NCBI GenBank assembly: GCA_964461315.1
Contig: CAYWUN010000005.1
Span: 1,651-65,650, forward strand
Direction of reading: 5' to 3'
DNA: 64,000 nucleotides
Source of the DNA: an uncultured Aestuarium sp.
GTDB lineage: Bacteria > Pseudomonadota > Alphaproteobacteria > Rhodobacterales > Rhodobacteraceae
Shown here: positions 50,199-58,536 of the stretch, piece by piece
How the letters are laid out: each line of letters starts with the position of its first letter
Position numbering within the stretch: position 1 is the first letter of the stretch
Made by a program: the position numbers and the translations under genes
The notes under the pieces: model-generated
What the model saw: only the letters and a program-made list of their open reading frames with translations
Databases searched by the model: none
What the model was told of the DNA's origin: nothing

Positions 50199-52751
50199 TT
50201 ATTTTGCGAGGAGGCGCGTGACCATTTCCGTGGTGTCGCGGCTCAATTTTGGAGCGTTTTTTATTCGGTTCAGAGCGGCTTCAGCTTTTGCCTTCCGCGC
50301 CTCGTCATATCGTGTCCAACTCTGGAACGAGCCAGAAACGCGGGCCGTAATTTGCGGGTTGAAGGAGTCGAGTTTGATCAACCAGTCCGACATGAGATCA
50401 TAACCGGACCCGTCAACGCGATTAAAACCTGCGTGGTTAAATGAGAGCGCACCAAAGACTGAACGGAAACGGTTCGGGTTTTTCCAATCAAATTGAGCAT
50501 GTTCGGTAAGGCCCTTTGCGATTGAAACGGCGTACTCAGGTCCAGCACAAGCGACCTGCGCTCGGAACCACATATCCATGACCAAACGGTCATCCTTCCA
50601 ACGCTCGGCAAAGTGCGCCAGTTCGGGCTGCCCCTTGGAAATCCTTAGAAGCGCACAGAGCGCTTCATACTGCTGGGTCATGTTATCTGCGCTGGCGAAT
50701 TGGGCAGTTGCCGCCTCTCCTTCATCGACGAGGGTGACAAAGTTAAGTGCGGTATTTGCAAGCGCACGCTTGCCTGCCTGATCTGCCGAGGGCGCATAGG
50801 GTTCTGTCACCTGATGTGCGCGGTAAATAGCCGTCAGGGTCGTAGTCAATGCCTTTGCGATACGGAGCCTAAAGTCCTCGCGTGAGCGATGAATAGCGTC
50901 AGGGTCGGGCGTAATGCCTCTTGCACTGAGCTCGCTTGCGAGTGCTTCTTCGGACGGAAGGGCAAGAAGTTTGGCGCGGAATGCAGGATCAAGGTTCTCA
51001 TCACTGAGTGCTCGGCGAAGTGCCTCGGTAAAGCCCTTGTCGTCTTCTGAGCCATCAATGATCATTGATAGAAGGACGTCGCGGGCAAGGAGCTGCCCTG
51101 CCTCCCATTTGTTAAACGGGTCTGTGTCGTGTGCCAAAAGGAAAGCTTGCTCCTCTGCCGACTGAGTCCGTTCGAGGATCACTGGGGCAGAGAAACCGCG
51201 AAGTATTGACGGGATCGGACGCGAGTCGAGCCCTTCAAACCTGAAGGTTTGTTCCGCTTGGGTCAATTCAAGGACTTGTGTCGGAACCACTTCGTCTCCG
51301 TTCATCCCCAAAAGACCAACTTCTACTGGGATCACCATCGGCGCTTTGGTTTCTTGTCCAGGTGTAGGCGGTGTTTCCTGCGATATATGGAGCGTAAAGG
51401 TTCCATCGTTCCATTCTTCGCGAACCTTAAGGCGCGGTGTGCCCGCCTGTGAATACCAGAGCTTGAACTGACTCAGATCGCGACCCGTCGAGTCCTCGAA
51501 TACCTTGATCCAGTCTTCAATCGTCGCGGCCTGACCGTCATGGCGTTCAAAATAGAGATCAAGCGCCTTGGCATAACCTTCGTCACCGACAAGCCGCTTG
51601 AGCATCCCGATAATTTCGGCGCCTTTTTCATAGACGGTTACAGTATAAAAGTTGTTGATCTCAACAAAGCTCTCAGGACGAACAGGGTGGGCGAGGGGGC
51701 CACCGTCTTCTTTGAATTGGTTGCTGCGCAGAAGTTGCGCATCGTCGATCCGTTTGACCGCGTGACCACGCGTGTCGCCTGTGAAGCTTTGGTCTCGGAA
51801 AACGGTTAGACATTCCGTGAGGCAAAGCAGAAACCATTCGCGGCAGGTGAAGCGGTTACCAGTCAAATTGGGAAAAAACTCATGCGCAACGATGGCTTCG
51901 ATCCGCTCAAAGGTTGCATCTGTAGATGTTTCGGAGCTCGCAAGAACGCAGGACGAGTTAAAGATGTTAAGACCTTTGTTCTCCATCGCGCCCATGTTGA
52001 AGTCATCAACGGCAACAATATTGAAAATGTCGAGGTCATACTCGCGGCCATAGACCTCTTCGTCCCACTTCATCGACCGCTTGAGTGCATCGATCCCAAA
52101 GGCGCATTTCCCGATGTCGGCTTTGCGCACCCAGATATTAAGTTCGACTTCTTTGCCAGACATGGTTGTGAAACGATCAGGATGGTTCACCAAATCCCCT
52201 GCAACGAGAGCAAAAAGATACGCGGGCTTTGGCCAAGGATCATGCCATTCGGCAAATCCATTGCCCATGTCGCCTTTGTTCCCGTTGGACAAAAGGACAG
52301 GCATTTCGCTTTCAATGCGCACAGAAAACGGCGCAAGAACGTCAGGCCGGTCCGGATAATAGGTGATTTTGCGAAAGCCTTCGGCCTCGCATTGGGTCGA
52401 ATACATACCTCCCGACATGTAGAGCCCCTCAAGCGCGGTGTTGCCTGCGGGGTCTATTTCAACTTCGGCTTCCCAAAGGAAGGGCGCGTAGGGCACGATG
52501 GCGTTCAAGCCACCTTCGACCAATTCAGGGGTAATGGCCTCGCCGTTAATTGACGCTGAGATAAGTTTCAGCTGCTCCCCATGGAGAAAGAACTCACGGC
52601 TCTTGGCTGCTGGATTTGGTTTGAACGAAATCCGGCTGATGACACGAGTGGCGCTTGGCGCAAGACGGAAAGTCAACTCTACCTTCTCTACCAGATAAGC
52701 AGGTGGGGTGTAGTCCTTGAGGTAGATCGTCTGGGGGCTAGCGTCTTTCAC
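50199..52751 (-). CDS. pepN: Aminopeptidase N (M1); zinc motif reads HEFFP as given
   Basis: [52 protein letters not shown] is disrupted (see findings). Confidence 0.92.
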   Translation of the reverse strand: MKDASPQTIYLKDYTPPAYLVEKVELTFRLAPSATRVISRISFKPNPAAKSREFFLHGEQLKLISASINGEAITPELVEGGLNAIVPYAPFLWEAEVEIDPAGNTALEGLYMSGGMYSTQCEAEGFRKITYYPDRPDVLAPFSVRIESEMPVLLSNGNKGDMGNGFAEWHDPWPKPAYLFALVAGDLVNHPDRFTTMSGKEVELNIWVRKADIGKCAFGIDALKRSMKWDEEVYGREYDLDIFNIVAVDDFNMGAMENKGLNIFNSSCVLASSETSTDATFERIEAIVAHEFFPNLTGNRFTCREWFLLCLTECLTVFRDQSFTGDTRGHAVKRIDDAQLLRSNQFKEDGGPLAHPVRPESFVEINNFYTVTVYEKGAEIIGMLKRLVGDEGYAKALDLYFERHDGQAATIEDWIKVFEDSTGRDLSQFKLWYSQAGTPRLKVREEWNDGTFTLHISQETPPTPGQETKAPMVIPVEVGLLGMNGDEVVPTQVLELTQAEQTFRFEGLDSRPIPSILRGFSAPVILERTQSAEEQAFLLAHDTDPFNKWEAGQLLARDVLLSMIIDGSEDDKGFTEALRRALSDENLDPAFRAKLLALPSEEALASELSARGITPDPDAIHRSREDFRLRIAKALTTTLTAIYRAHQVTEPYAPSADQAGKRALANTALNFVTLVDEGEAATAQFASADNMTQQYEALCALLRISKGQPELAHFAERWKDDRLVMDMWFRAQVACAGPEYAVSIAKGLTEHAQFDWKNPNRFRSVFGALSFNHAGFNRVDGSGYDLMSDWLIKLDSFNPQITARVSGSFQSWTRYDEARKAKAEAALNRIKNAPKLSRDTTEMVTRLLAK

Positions 52752-52880
52752 AACCGTCTCCGTCTTACTTTGGCATTTTGGCTGACGTTATGGCCGACAC
52801 CTAGATGTCGCAAGGCGAGAGTGAGCGCTAACAAAAAATATTTCCTTGTCTTACTAGGGTGTGAACCTAGCTGTGGCGAC

Positions 52881-53033
52881 ATGGGAAAAATGGTCAAAAA
52901 ATCTGAGTTGCCGACCAAGCTTTGTCCTAGCTGCGGGCGTCCTTTTGTTTGGCGCAAGAAATGGGCCAAGGTCTGGGAAGACGTCCGCTATTGCTCGGAC
53001 AAATGTCGAGGTCAGCGTAAGGAAAGATTCTAA
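52881..53033 (+). CDS. DUF2256 small Cys4 protein
   Basis: LP.K.C..CGRPF.WRKKW...W..VRYCS..CR. Confidence 0.85.
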   Translation: MGKMVKKSELPTKLCPSCGRPFVWRKKWAKVWEDVRYCSDKCRGQRKERF

Positions 53034-53470
53034 GGCTCAACAAAGGCCGCAAGCTTGGCGAGGGTGGTGTAGCCCATCTCCTCTGCCTTGTATTCTTTGG
53101 CTCCTTCGTATGCTTCGATGGACGGAAACAGCACGGAATGCGTGATCTTTGTGCCGCCTTCGACAGGTGTCAAAAGAACTGTGACCTCCATTGGGGCTAT
53201 TTCATCGTCACCGTCATCCATCAGGAACTCGATCCGTTCATGCGCAACGATCCGAGTGTAGCGATGACGATTATGGAACCGCATCCCGTGGCCGACCATG
53301 TCAAAGATCCAATAGCCACCTTCTCGGAGGTCTATCTCGACCGTCTCACAGTGAAATCCTTCGGGGCCAAACCATTGAGGAATGGCTTTCGGATTGGTCC
53401 ATGCTTCAAACACGGCCTCACACGGCGCAGCGATATGCCGTGTGAGAGTCATGGTGCGCGAAGCGGTCAT
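53030..53470 (-). CDS. SRPBCC/AHSA1 domain protein
   Basis: VFEAWT.P....WFGP.GF, DLREGG.W. Confidence 0.88.
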   Translation of the reverse strand: MTASRTMTLTRHIAAPCEAVFEAWTNPKAIPQWFGPEGFHCETVEIDLREGGYWIFDMVGHGMRFHNRHRYTRIVAHERIEFLMDDGDDEIAPMEVTVLLTPVEGGTKITHSVLFPSIEAYEGAKEYKAEEMGYTTLAKLAAFVEP

Positions 53471-53946
53471 GTCCGCTCTGCCATCAGGGTTTGGGCGTAT
53501 TCGACCAGCTGATCGACGACTGTTCCCCAACCGTCGTAGAAACCACGCTCTTCATGGCTCTTTGCTGACTCTGCATTCCGGTGACGTGCAATGGCGGTGT
53601 AGTCACACGTCCCGTCACCATGATCTTTGAGGATCAATATCGCAGTCATGAAAGGTTCGGGAGAAGGCGCCCAACCTTCCGCATAAGTGTCCGTAAAGAC
53701 TAACTTTTCGTTCGGAATGACTTCAAGATAGACGCCCTTGTTTTCCATCACATAACCGTCGACATCGAAAGTTGTGTTAAAGCGGCCGCCCACGCGAACA
53801 TCCATATCCGCGCTCGTCACTTTATGCGGCCGTGGGATGAAAAAGTTCATGATGTGCTCTGGGGTTGTCCAGCACTCGTAAACGAGCGAGGCAGGCACAG
53901 GCAGGGTGCGAGTAAAGTGGAGATCGGTTTCAGGATTGAGGTCCAT
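53467..53946 (-). CDS. SRPBCC/AHSA1 domain protein
   Basis: WTTPE, D.RVGGRF, G.YLEV.P..KLVFTD, HEE.GF..GWG. Confidence 0.88.
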   Translation of the reverse strand: MDLNPETDLHFTRTLPVPASLVYECWTTPEHIMNFFIPRPHKVTSADMDVRVGGRFNTTFDVDGYVMENKGVYLEVIPNEKLVFTDTYAEGWAPSPEPFMTAILILKDHGDGTCDYTAIARHRNAESAKSHEERGFYDGWGTVVDQLVEYAQTLMAERT

Positions 53947-54283
53947 TTTGGCGCTCTTTCATAAGGTTAATAACGTAGTCTTCAAAACGGTCTAGCCGCG
54001 CTTCCCAAAGGGTGCGTTGCTCTTTTAGCCAGTCATTTGCGGGCTCCATCGCGTTGGGATTGAGGGCGCAAGTTCGCACGCGCCCATGTTTCTCCGAAGT
54101 GACGAGCCCCGCCTCTTCGAGCTTGCGCAGATGTCCCATAAAGCTTGGTAGGCTGATGTCATAATCTTCGGCAAGTTCTGTCACGCTTGCGGTACCTTGC
54201 CCAAGTCGCGAAAGGATTCCGCGCCGCGTTGGATCGCCCAGCGCGGTAAAAATCACATCGAGAGAGGAATCATACTTAACCAT
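53930..54283 (-). CDS. ArsR/SmtB family regulator
   Basis: F.ALGDPTRR.IL..L, HL..LE.AGLV...K.GR.R.C. Confidence 0.92.
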   Translation of the reverse strand: MVKYDSSLDVIFTALGDPTRRGILSRLGQGTASVTELAEDYDISLPSFMGHLRKLEEAGLVTSEKHGRVRTCALNPNAMEPANDWLKEQRTLWEARLDRFEDYVINLMKERQNGPQS

Positions 54284-54343
54284 AATGCTAAGCTTTCACG
54301 CAGTGCAATTTCGCGCAACAAAAACTTAGGAGATTGCCAAAGT
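54274..54343. promoter_or_regulatory. Two ArsR-type operator candidates
   Basis: ACTTA-N10-TAAGC (54274-93, overlapping the start codon) and ACTTA-N10-AAAGT (54324-43), 50 bp apart. Confidence 0.55.
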
Positions 54344-54454
54344 TTTCATCAAAGAGCCCGTTCTGCTAATTGAAAAGTGACCCAACGGAGGTGGGGCTTT
54401 TCAATGTTTCAGCGAATGGTTAACTTTGGTTCATAGCAAGGAGTTTTTTGACCA

Positions 54455-55231
54455 ATGCGTCCAGTCGTCGGCATTATCGGGAACGCAACACTCGTCAATG
54501 AAGAGTATCATACCCACGCAGGTGGGACGATGAATTCGTGTGCTGTGGCGAATGTTTCCAAATGCTTGCCGATGATCATCCCTGCGGATCCTTCGATGGT
54601 GTCTGTCGAGGAACTGCTAGAAGCGTGTGATGGGTTCTTGCTCACGGGTGGTAGGCCCAACGTTCACCCCGAAGAATATGGCGAGGAGGAAACCCCCGCC
54701 CATGGTGTTTTTGACCGTTGTCGCGATGCGATCACACTTCCGCTGGTTCGGGCTTGTGTCGAGCGTGGTCAGCCATTCTTAGGCGTCTGCCGCGGCTTCC
54801 AAGAAGTCAATGTGGCAATGGGGGGCTCGCTTTATCCAGAGATCAGAGATCTGCCGGGGCGTGACAATCATCGTATGCCTCCAGATGGCACGCTGGAGGA
54901 GAAGTTCGCGCTCCGTCACGTTGTTACTCTTTCCGAGAACGGCCCATTTCATGAGCTATTCGGTGCCCGCGAAGTTATGACCAACACATTACACGGGCAG
55001 GGGATAAAGGTCGCTGGCTCGCGTGTGATCATCGATGGTTACGCCCCCGACGGTACTCCCGAAGCGATCTATATCAAAGACGCGCCTGGATTTACGATGT
55101 CTGTTCAGTGGCATCCAGAATGGAATGCGGCGTGCGATCCAGTTTCTCGCCCACTGTTCGAAGCTTTTGGCCGCGCAACTTATGAGTTCGCAGCCAAGCG
55201 CCGAACCGTTGGATACGCAAAGGCCGTTTAG
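54455..55231 (+). CDS. Gamma-glutamyl-gamma-aminobutyrate hydrolase family (peptidase C26, PuuD-like)
   Basis: DG.LLTGG..NVHP..YG, GVCRGFQE.NV, N.LH.QG, VQWHPE. Confidence 0.88.
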   Translation: MRPVVGIIGNATLVNEEYHTHAGGTMNSCAVANVSKCLPMIIPADPSMVSVEELLEACDGFLLTGGRPNVHPEEYGEEETPAHGVFDRCRDAITLPLVRACVERGQPFLGVCRGFQEVNVAMGGSLYPEIRDLPGRDNHRMPPDGTLEEKFALRHVVTLSENGPFHELFGAREVMTNTLHGQGIKVAGSRVIIDGYAPDGTPEAIYIKDAPGFTMSVQWHPEWNAACDPVSRPLFEAFGRATYEFAAKRRTVGYAKAV

Positions 55232-58200
55232 AGCAGAAGAGAGGCTTCGTGCTGGCGCAGGCAACGGCGCGCTGTTTGCCCATACGAAGATGGTAGGCTT
55301 CTCAGCTCTGGGAAAATCTTGAAAAGCTCGTCGCGGGCTTGGTCCGTGATGCCCGAAATTGAGCTTTCACCAGGATGGAAGCTTTCCGTTGCGGCGCCTT
55401 CGGCATAAATCACTTCATGACGGTCAAAGAGCATGTGCACATAGGTCACTTCTTTGGGCGTCTCTTGAACGATGTCTAGGCCGTCGACGAGGTGGCGCGC
55501 GGACACGAGCACCTCGCTCTCCCCGAAAAGGAGCTCGGCTTTGTAGCCTTGAAAGAGAAGACGGTGCTGAGGCGATACGAGAAGATCGCGTTGCTGTCCG
55601 TCCATGACGCCTTTGCGGACGCGGATCGGGCCAAGCTCGTTCAGACCAGGAACCTTGCGGCTTTGAATCCAGCGAATCGGCTGGGGACCGTGGTCGCGCG
55701 TGATGACATAGTCGCCGACTTTTAGGGTTTCAATCGCCCGTGCCCCACGCGGCGTTGCGATCATCGTTCCGGGGACAAAACATATGATGTTCTCGATTTC
55801 GTTGAAGTAGAGGATCGAGCCGTTGTCGAGCACGATCGAACCTGAGAGGCCCGCAGCGTTATCATTTGGATTTGTGATCGTAAGCGTCGACATGTCAGCC
55901 CAAAAGCCGAGCTTGAGCGTGTCGCCGTTCGTCTCATTGCCTTCGCCGCCATAGATTGTCGTTGCGTTGTCGCCGACTTCATCCGTTCCATCATAGACGA
56001 AAAGGTCGTCGCCATCGCCACCTTCGACATAGTCGCCTTCGCCAAAGTGGATCTCGTCGTTTCCAAGTTCGCCGTAGATGGAGTCAAAACCGGTTCCGGC
56101 ATAAATCGTATCGCCGCCCGAGGTGCCCCAAATTAGGTCGTTTCCAGCGCCACCATAAACAGTCGATGGATCGTTTGTGGCCGCTTGGTCCACGTCGTCG
56201 ATGATATCGTTGCCATCGCCACCGTAGACGATGTCGCCGCCCGAGCCATAGTAGATTTTGTCATCGCCAGCGCCGCCGTCGATGCTATCTGCGCCCGCTT
56301 CGGCAAAGATAGTGTCATTGTCATCCCCGCCCTCGATCTTATCGTCGCCAAGCGTGCCGTGCAGTGTATCATTACCAGCGCCGCCATAGATCGTGGCCGC
56401 ATCGGTGAGGATGACGAGGTCTTGGTCGTCGATAAGATCATCACCATCGCCGCCATAGATGATGTCACCACCAAGGCCATAGAAAATAGTATCGTTTCCA
56501 AGTCCGCCGTCGATACTGTCTGCACCGTCTCCGCCGTAGATGTAGTCGGTTTCCCCGCCACCTTCGATCTTGTCAGCGCCATCGCCACCAAGGATCGTGT
56601 CGATCCCAGCGCCGCCATAGATGCTGTCTGCGCCTTGCCCGCCACTTATCGTGTCGGCGCCGTTCCCACCGTTGATGACATCATCACCGATACCGCCGCT
56701 CAGACTATCTGCGCCGGCACCGCCATAGAGAATGTCGTTGCCGTTCCCACCATCGATGGTGTCACTGCCGTCTTCACCGTAAAGAGTATCGTTGTCGTCA
56801 CCACCATAGAGGAAGTCATTCCCCGCGGTGCCAAAAATGACGTCATTGCCAGCGTCACCATAGACGGTGCTGGCATCTGCGGTGGAGTTTACGCCTCCTG
56901 CATCGTCGAGAGTATCGTCACCGGCGCCGCCATAAACAAGGTCATTACCTGCGCCATAGTGAATCCAGTCATTCCCGTCGCCGCCATAGATCGTGTCATT
57001 GCCCGCTTCGCCGTAAAGCGCATCGGCCCCTAGGCCACCATCAATTATGTCGTTTCCGTCGCCGCCATAGATCGTGTCAGCACCGTCGACACTTGGGAAG
57101 GTCGAGTTGAAGTACACATCCGTGAGCCAGATGCCCTGATCACCGGTTCCAGCGTTGCGGAAGTCGATTTCGATCCGATGAACAGGACCTGCGATTTCAA
57201 CAAGGACCGAGCCGCCCGCGGTATATGTTTCATCCGCAGCGTCGTTCGCGGTGACAGTGTTTCCATTCGTAAGAGTATCGGACCCGCTAAGGGTCAACTT
57301 GACCGAAACAAGGTTATTGTTCGCGTCATATGCTCGAACAATAATTTGGTCGCGGTGGTCCGCGCTCTGCCAGTCAACGTCGTTAATTCGGAAATTAACG
57401 TTCCTGACCTCATTCGTGACGCCGCTGCCTGTGTCGGCATTGAAAGTCAGCGTGGAGCGCGAGGTGGCCGTGTTTGAATTTGTGGTCGCATTGCCCTCAA
57501 GCCTAAGGCTCGAGTATGAATTGTAAGGTTCGCCCGAAACATACTGTTGGGCCCCAGTATCAATGACGGCGTCGTCGGCAAGACCGCCATTCATGTCCTG
57601 ATAGGTGAACGAAACACGGACATTTCCCGTGTCTTGTGTAAATCCACCTTTGACCGATCCCGACTGGAGATTCCAAGCGAGATGCTCGGTATCTCCTAGG
57701 TCAACGCCGCCGCCATAGAGCGCGTCGTTTCCTGCTCCGCCATAGATACTGTCTGTGCCACTACCGCCATAAACGGTGTCGTCGTTTGCGCCAGCGTCGA
57801 TGGTATCGTTGCCGCCGTCACCGAAGATGACATCGTTGCCGTCTTCGCCCCAAATCGCGTCGTTATCCGCGCCACCCGAAACGAAATCGTTACCGGTGCC
57901 GGCGTTGATGTAGTCGGCGCCTGAGCCGCCATAAATGACGTCGTTCCCATCGCCAGTATAGACAACGTCATTGCCCCCATTGGCAAAGATCGTGTCTTTG
58001 CCAGTGTTGGTCAGGCTCGTGTCGTTGCCACCGAAGATAAACGCACTGTCGTTATCGTCGGCATAACTTTCATTTGCCGGTGAGCCCTCATAAAGCTGAA
58101 ACGTAGGGCTAGGTGCAGTTCCGACTTGGAAGCTCCCAGAACCCCAAGGTGGGGTGCTGCTTCCGGCGTCTGGGACAAAATAGACTTCGAGATCGGAACC

Positions 58201-58365
58201 TAGATAGTAGGTGCCGGTGATCGTGCGGTTCCCGAAGTAATAGTAATTAAGTGTGCCTGTGCCGATCGAATAGACGGACGTAAATGTGGACGTGCCCGAG
58301 GTTGAGGCATCGCCAGATCCTAATTCGCGGTTTCCGCCTAATGTTATCCGATAGCCGTCTGGCAT
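55228..58365 (-). CDS. RTX Ca-binding repeat protein with C-terminal Hint (Hint_2 / BIL-B-like) domain
   Basis: Many GGxGxD nonapeptides; CFVPGTMIATPRG, V.TRDHG.QP.RWI, L.VSPQHR, Y.H.LFDRHEVI.AEGA.TESFHPG. Confidence 0.92.
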   Translation of the reverse strand: MPDGYRITLGGNRELGSGDASTSGTSTFTSVYSIGTGTLNYYYFGNRTITGTYYLGSDLEVYFVPDAGSSTPPWGSGSFQVGTAPSPTFQLYEGSPANESYADDNDSAFIFGGNDTSLTNTGKDTIFANGGNDVVYTGDGNDVIYGGSGADYINAGTGNDFVSGGADNDAIWGEDGNDVIFGDGGNDTIDAGANDDTVYGGSGTDSIYGGAGNDALYGGGVDLGDTEHLAWNLQSGSVKGGFTQDTGNVRVSFTYQDMNGGLADDAVIDTGAQQYVSGEPYNSYSSLRLEGNATTNSNTATSRSTLTFNADTGSGVTNEVRNVNFRINDVDWQSADHRDQIIVRAYDANNNLVSVKLTLSGSDTLTNGNTVTANDAADETYTAGGSVLVEIAGPVHRIEIDFRNAGTGDQGIWLTDVYFNSTFPSVDGADTIYGGDGNDIIDGGLGADALYGEAGNDTIYGGDGNDWIHYGAGNDLVYGGAGDDTLDDAGGVNSTADASTVYGDAGNDVIFGTAGNDFLYGGDDNDTLYGEDGSDTIDGGNGNDILYGGAGADSLSGGIGDDVINGGNGADTISGGQGADSIYGGAGIDTILGGDGADKIEGGGETDYIYGGDGADSIDGGLGNDTIFYGLGGDIIYGGDGDDLIDDQDLVILTDAATIYGGAGNDTLHGTLGDDKIEGGDDNDTIFAEAGADSIDGGAGDDKIYYGSGGDIVYGGDGNDIIDDVDQAATNDPSTVYGGAGNDLIWGTSGGDTIYAGTGFDSIYGELGNDEIHFGEGDYVEGGDGDDLFVYDGTDEVGDNATTIYGGEGNETNGDTLKLGFWADMSTLTITNPNDNAAGLSGSIVLDNGSILYFNEIENIICFVPGTMIATPRGARAIETLKVGDYVITRDHGPQPIRWIQSRKVPGLNELGPIRVRKGVMDGQQRDLLVSPQHRLLFQGYKAELLFGESEVLVSARHLVDGLDIVQETPKEVTYVHMLFDRHEVIYAEGAATESFHPGESSISGITDQARDELFKIFPELRSLPSSYGQTARRCLRQHEASLLL

Positions 58366-58536
58366 CCACGTCTCCGTCTCGATGGCGACTCATTGCGCAA
58401 GAGGTCCATCTGCAATTGCTTTGGAGAACAGCTAGTCAGTCCAAGTGGTATTACTTGGGCTGAATTGTGGCCGAATTGTGAATAATGGAGCGATAACGAT
58501 AACTTAGTTGCCGTCTTTCAACCCCAGAGAATACGT

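Noticed and set aside
51810-51878. Diversity-generating retroelement variable region in pepN
   Set aside because: No reverse transcriptase or template repeat seen in the window; several changes are at G or C/T rather than A; a catalytic core is an implausible DGR target.
52581-53033. 150-aa ORF overlapping the pepN start
   Set aside because: Only the last 50 codons (from 52881) match DUF2256; the rest is antisense to pepN and its promoter.
55228-55782. Mobile intein
   Set aside because: No homing endonuclease, no terminal HN-C/S/T, and not inserted in a conserved host protein; fits a BIL/Hint_2 domain.
56040-58000. Repetitive GCCGCCATAGA-like DNA as a CRISPR or tandem repeat array
   Set aside because: Degenerate, in-frame repeats with a roughly 27-nt period encoding RTX nonapeptides; no constant repeat-spacer structure or cas genes.
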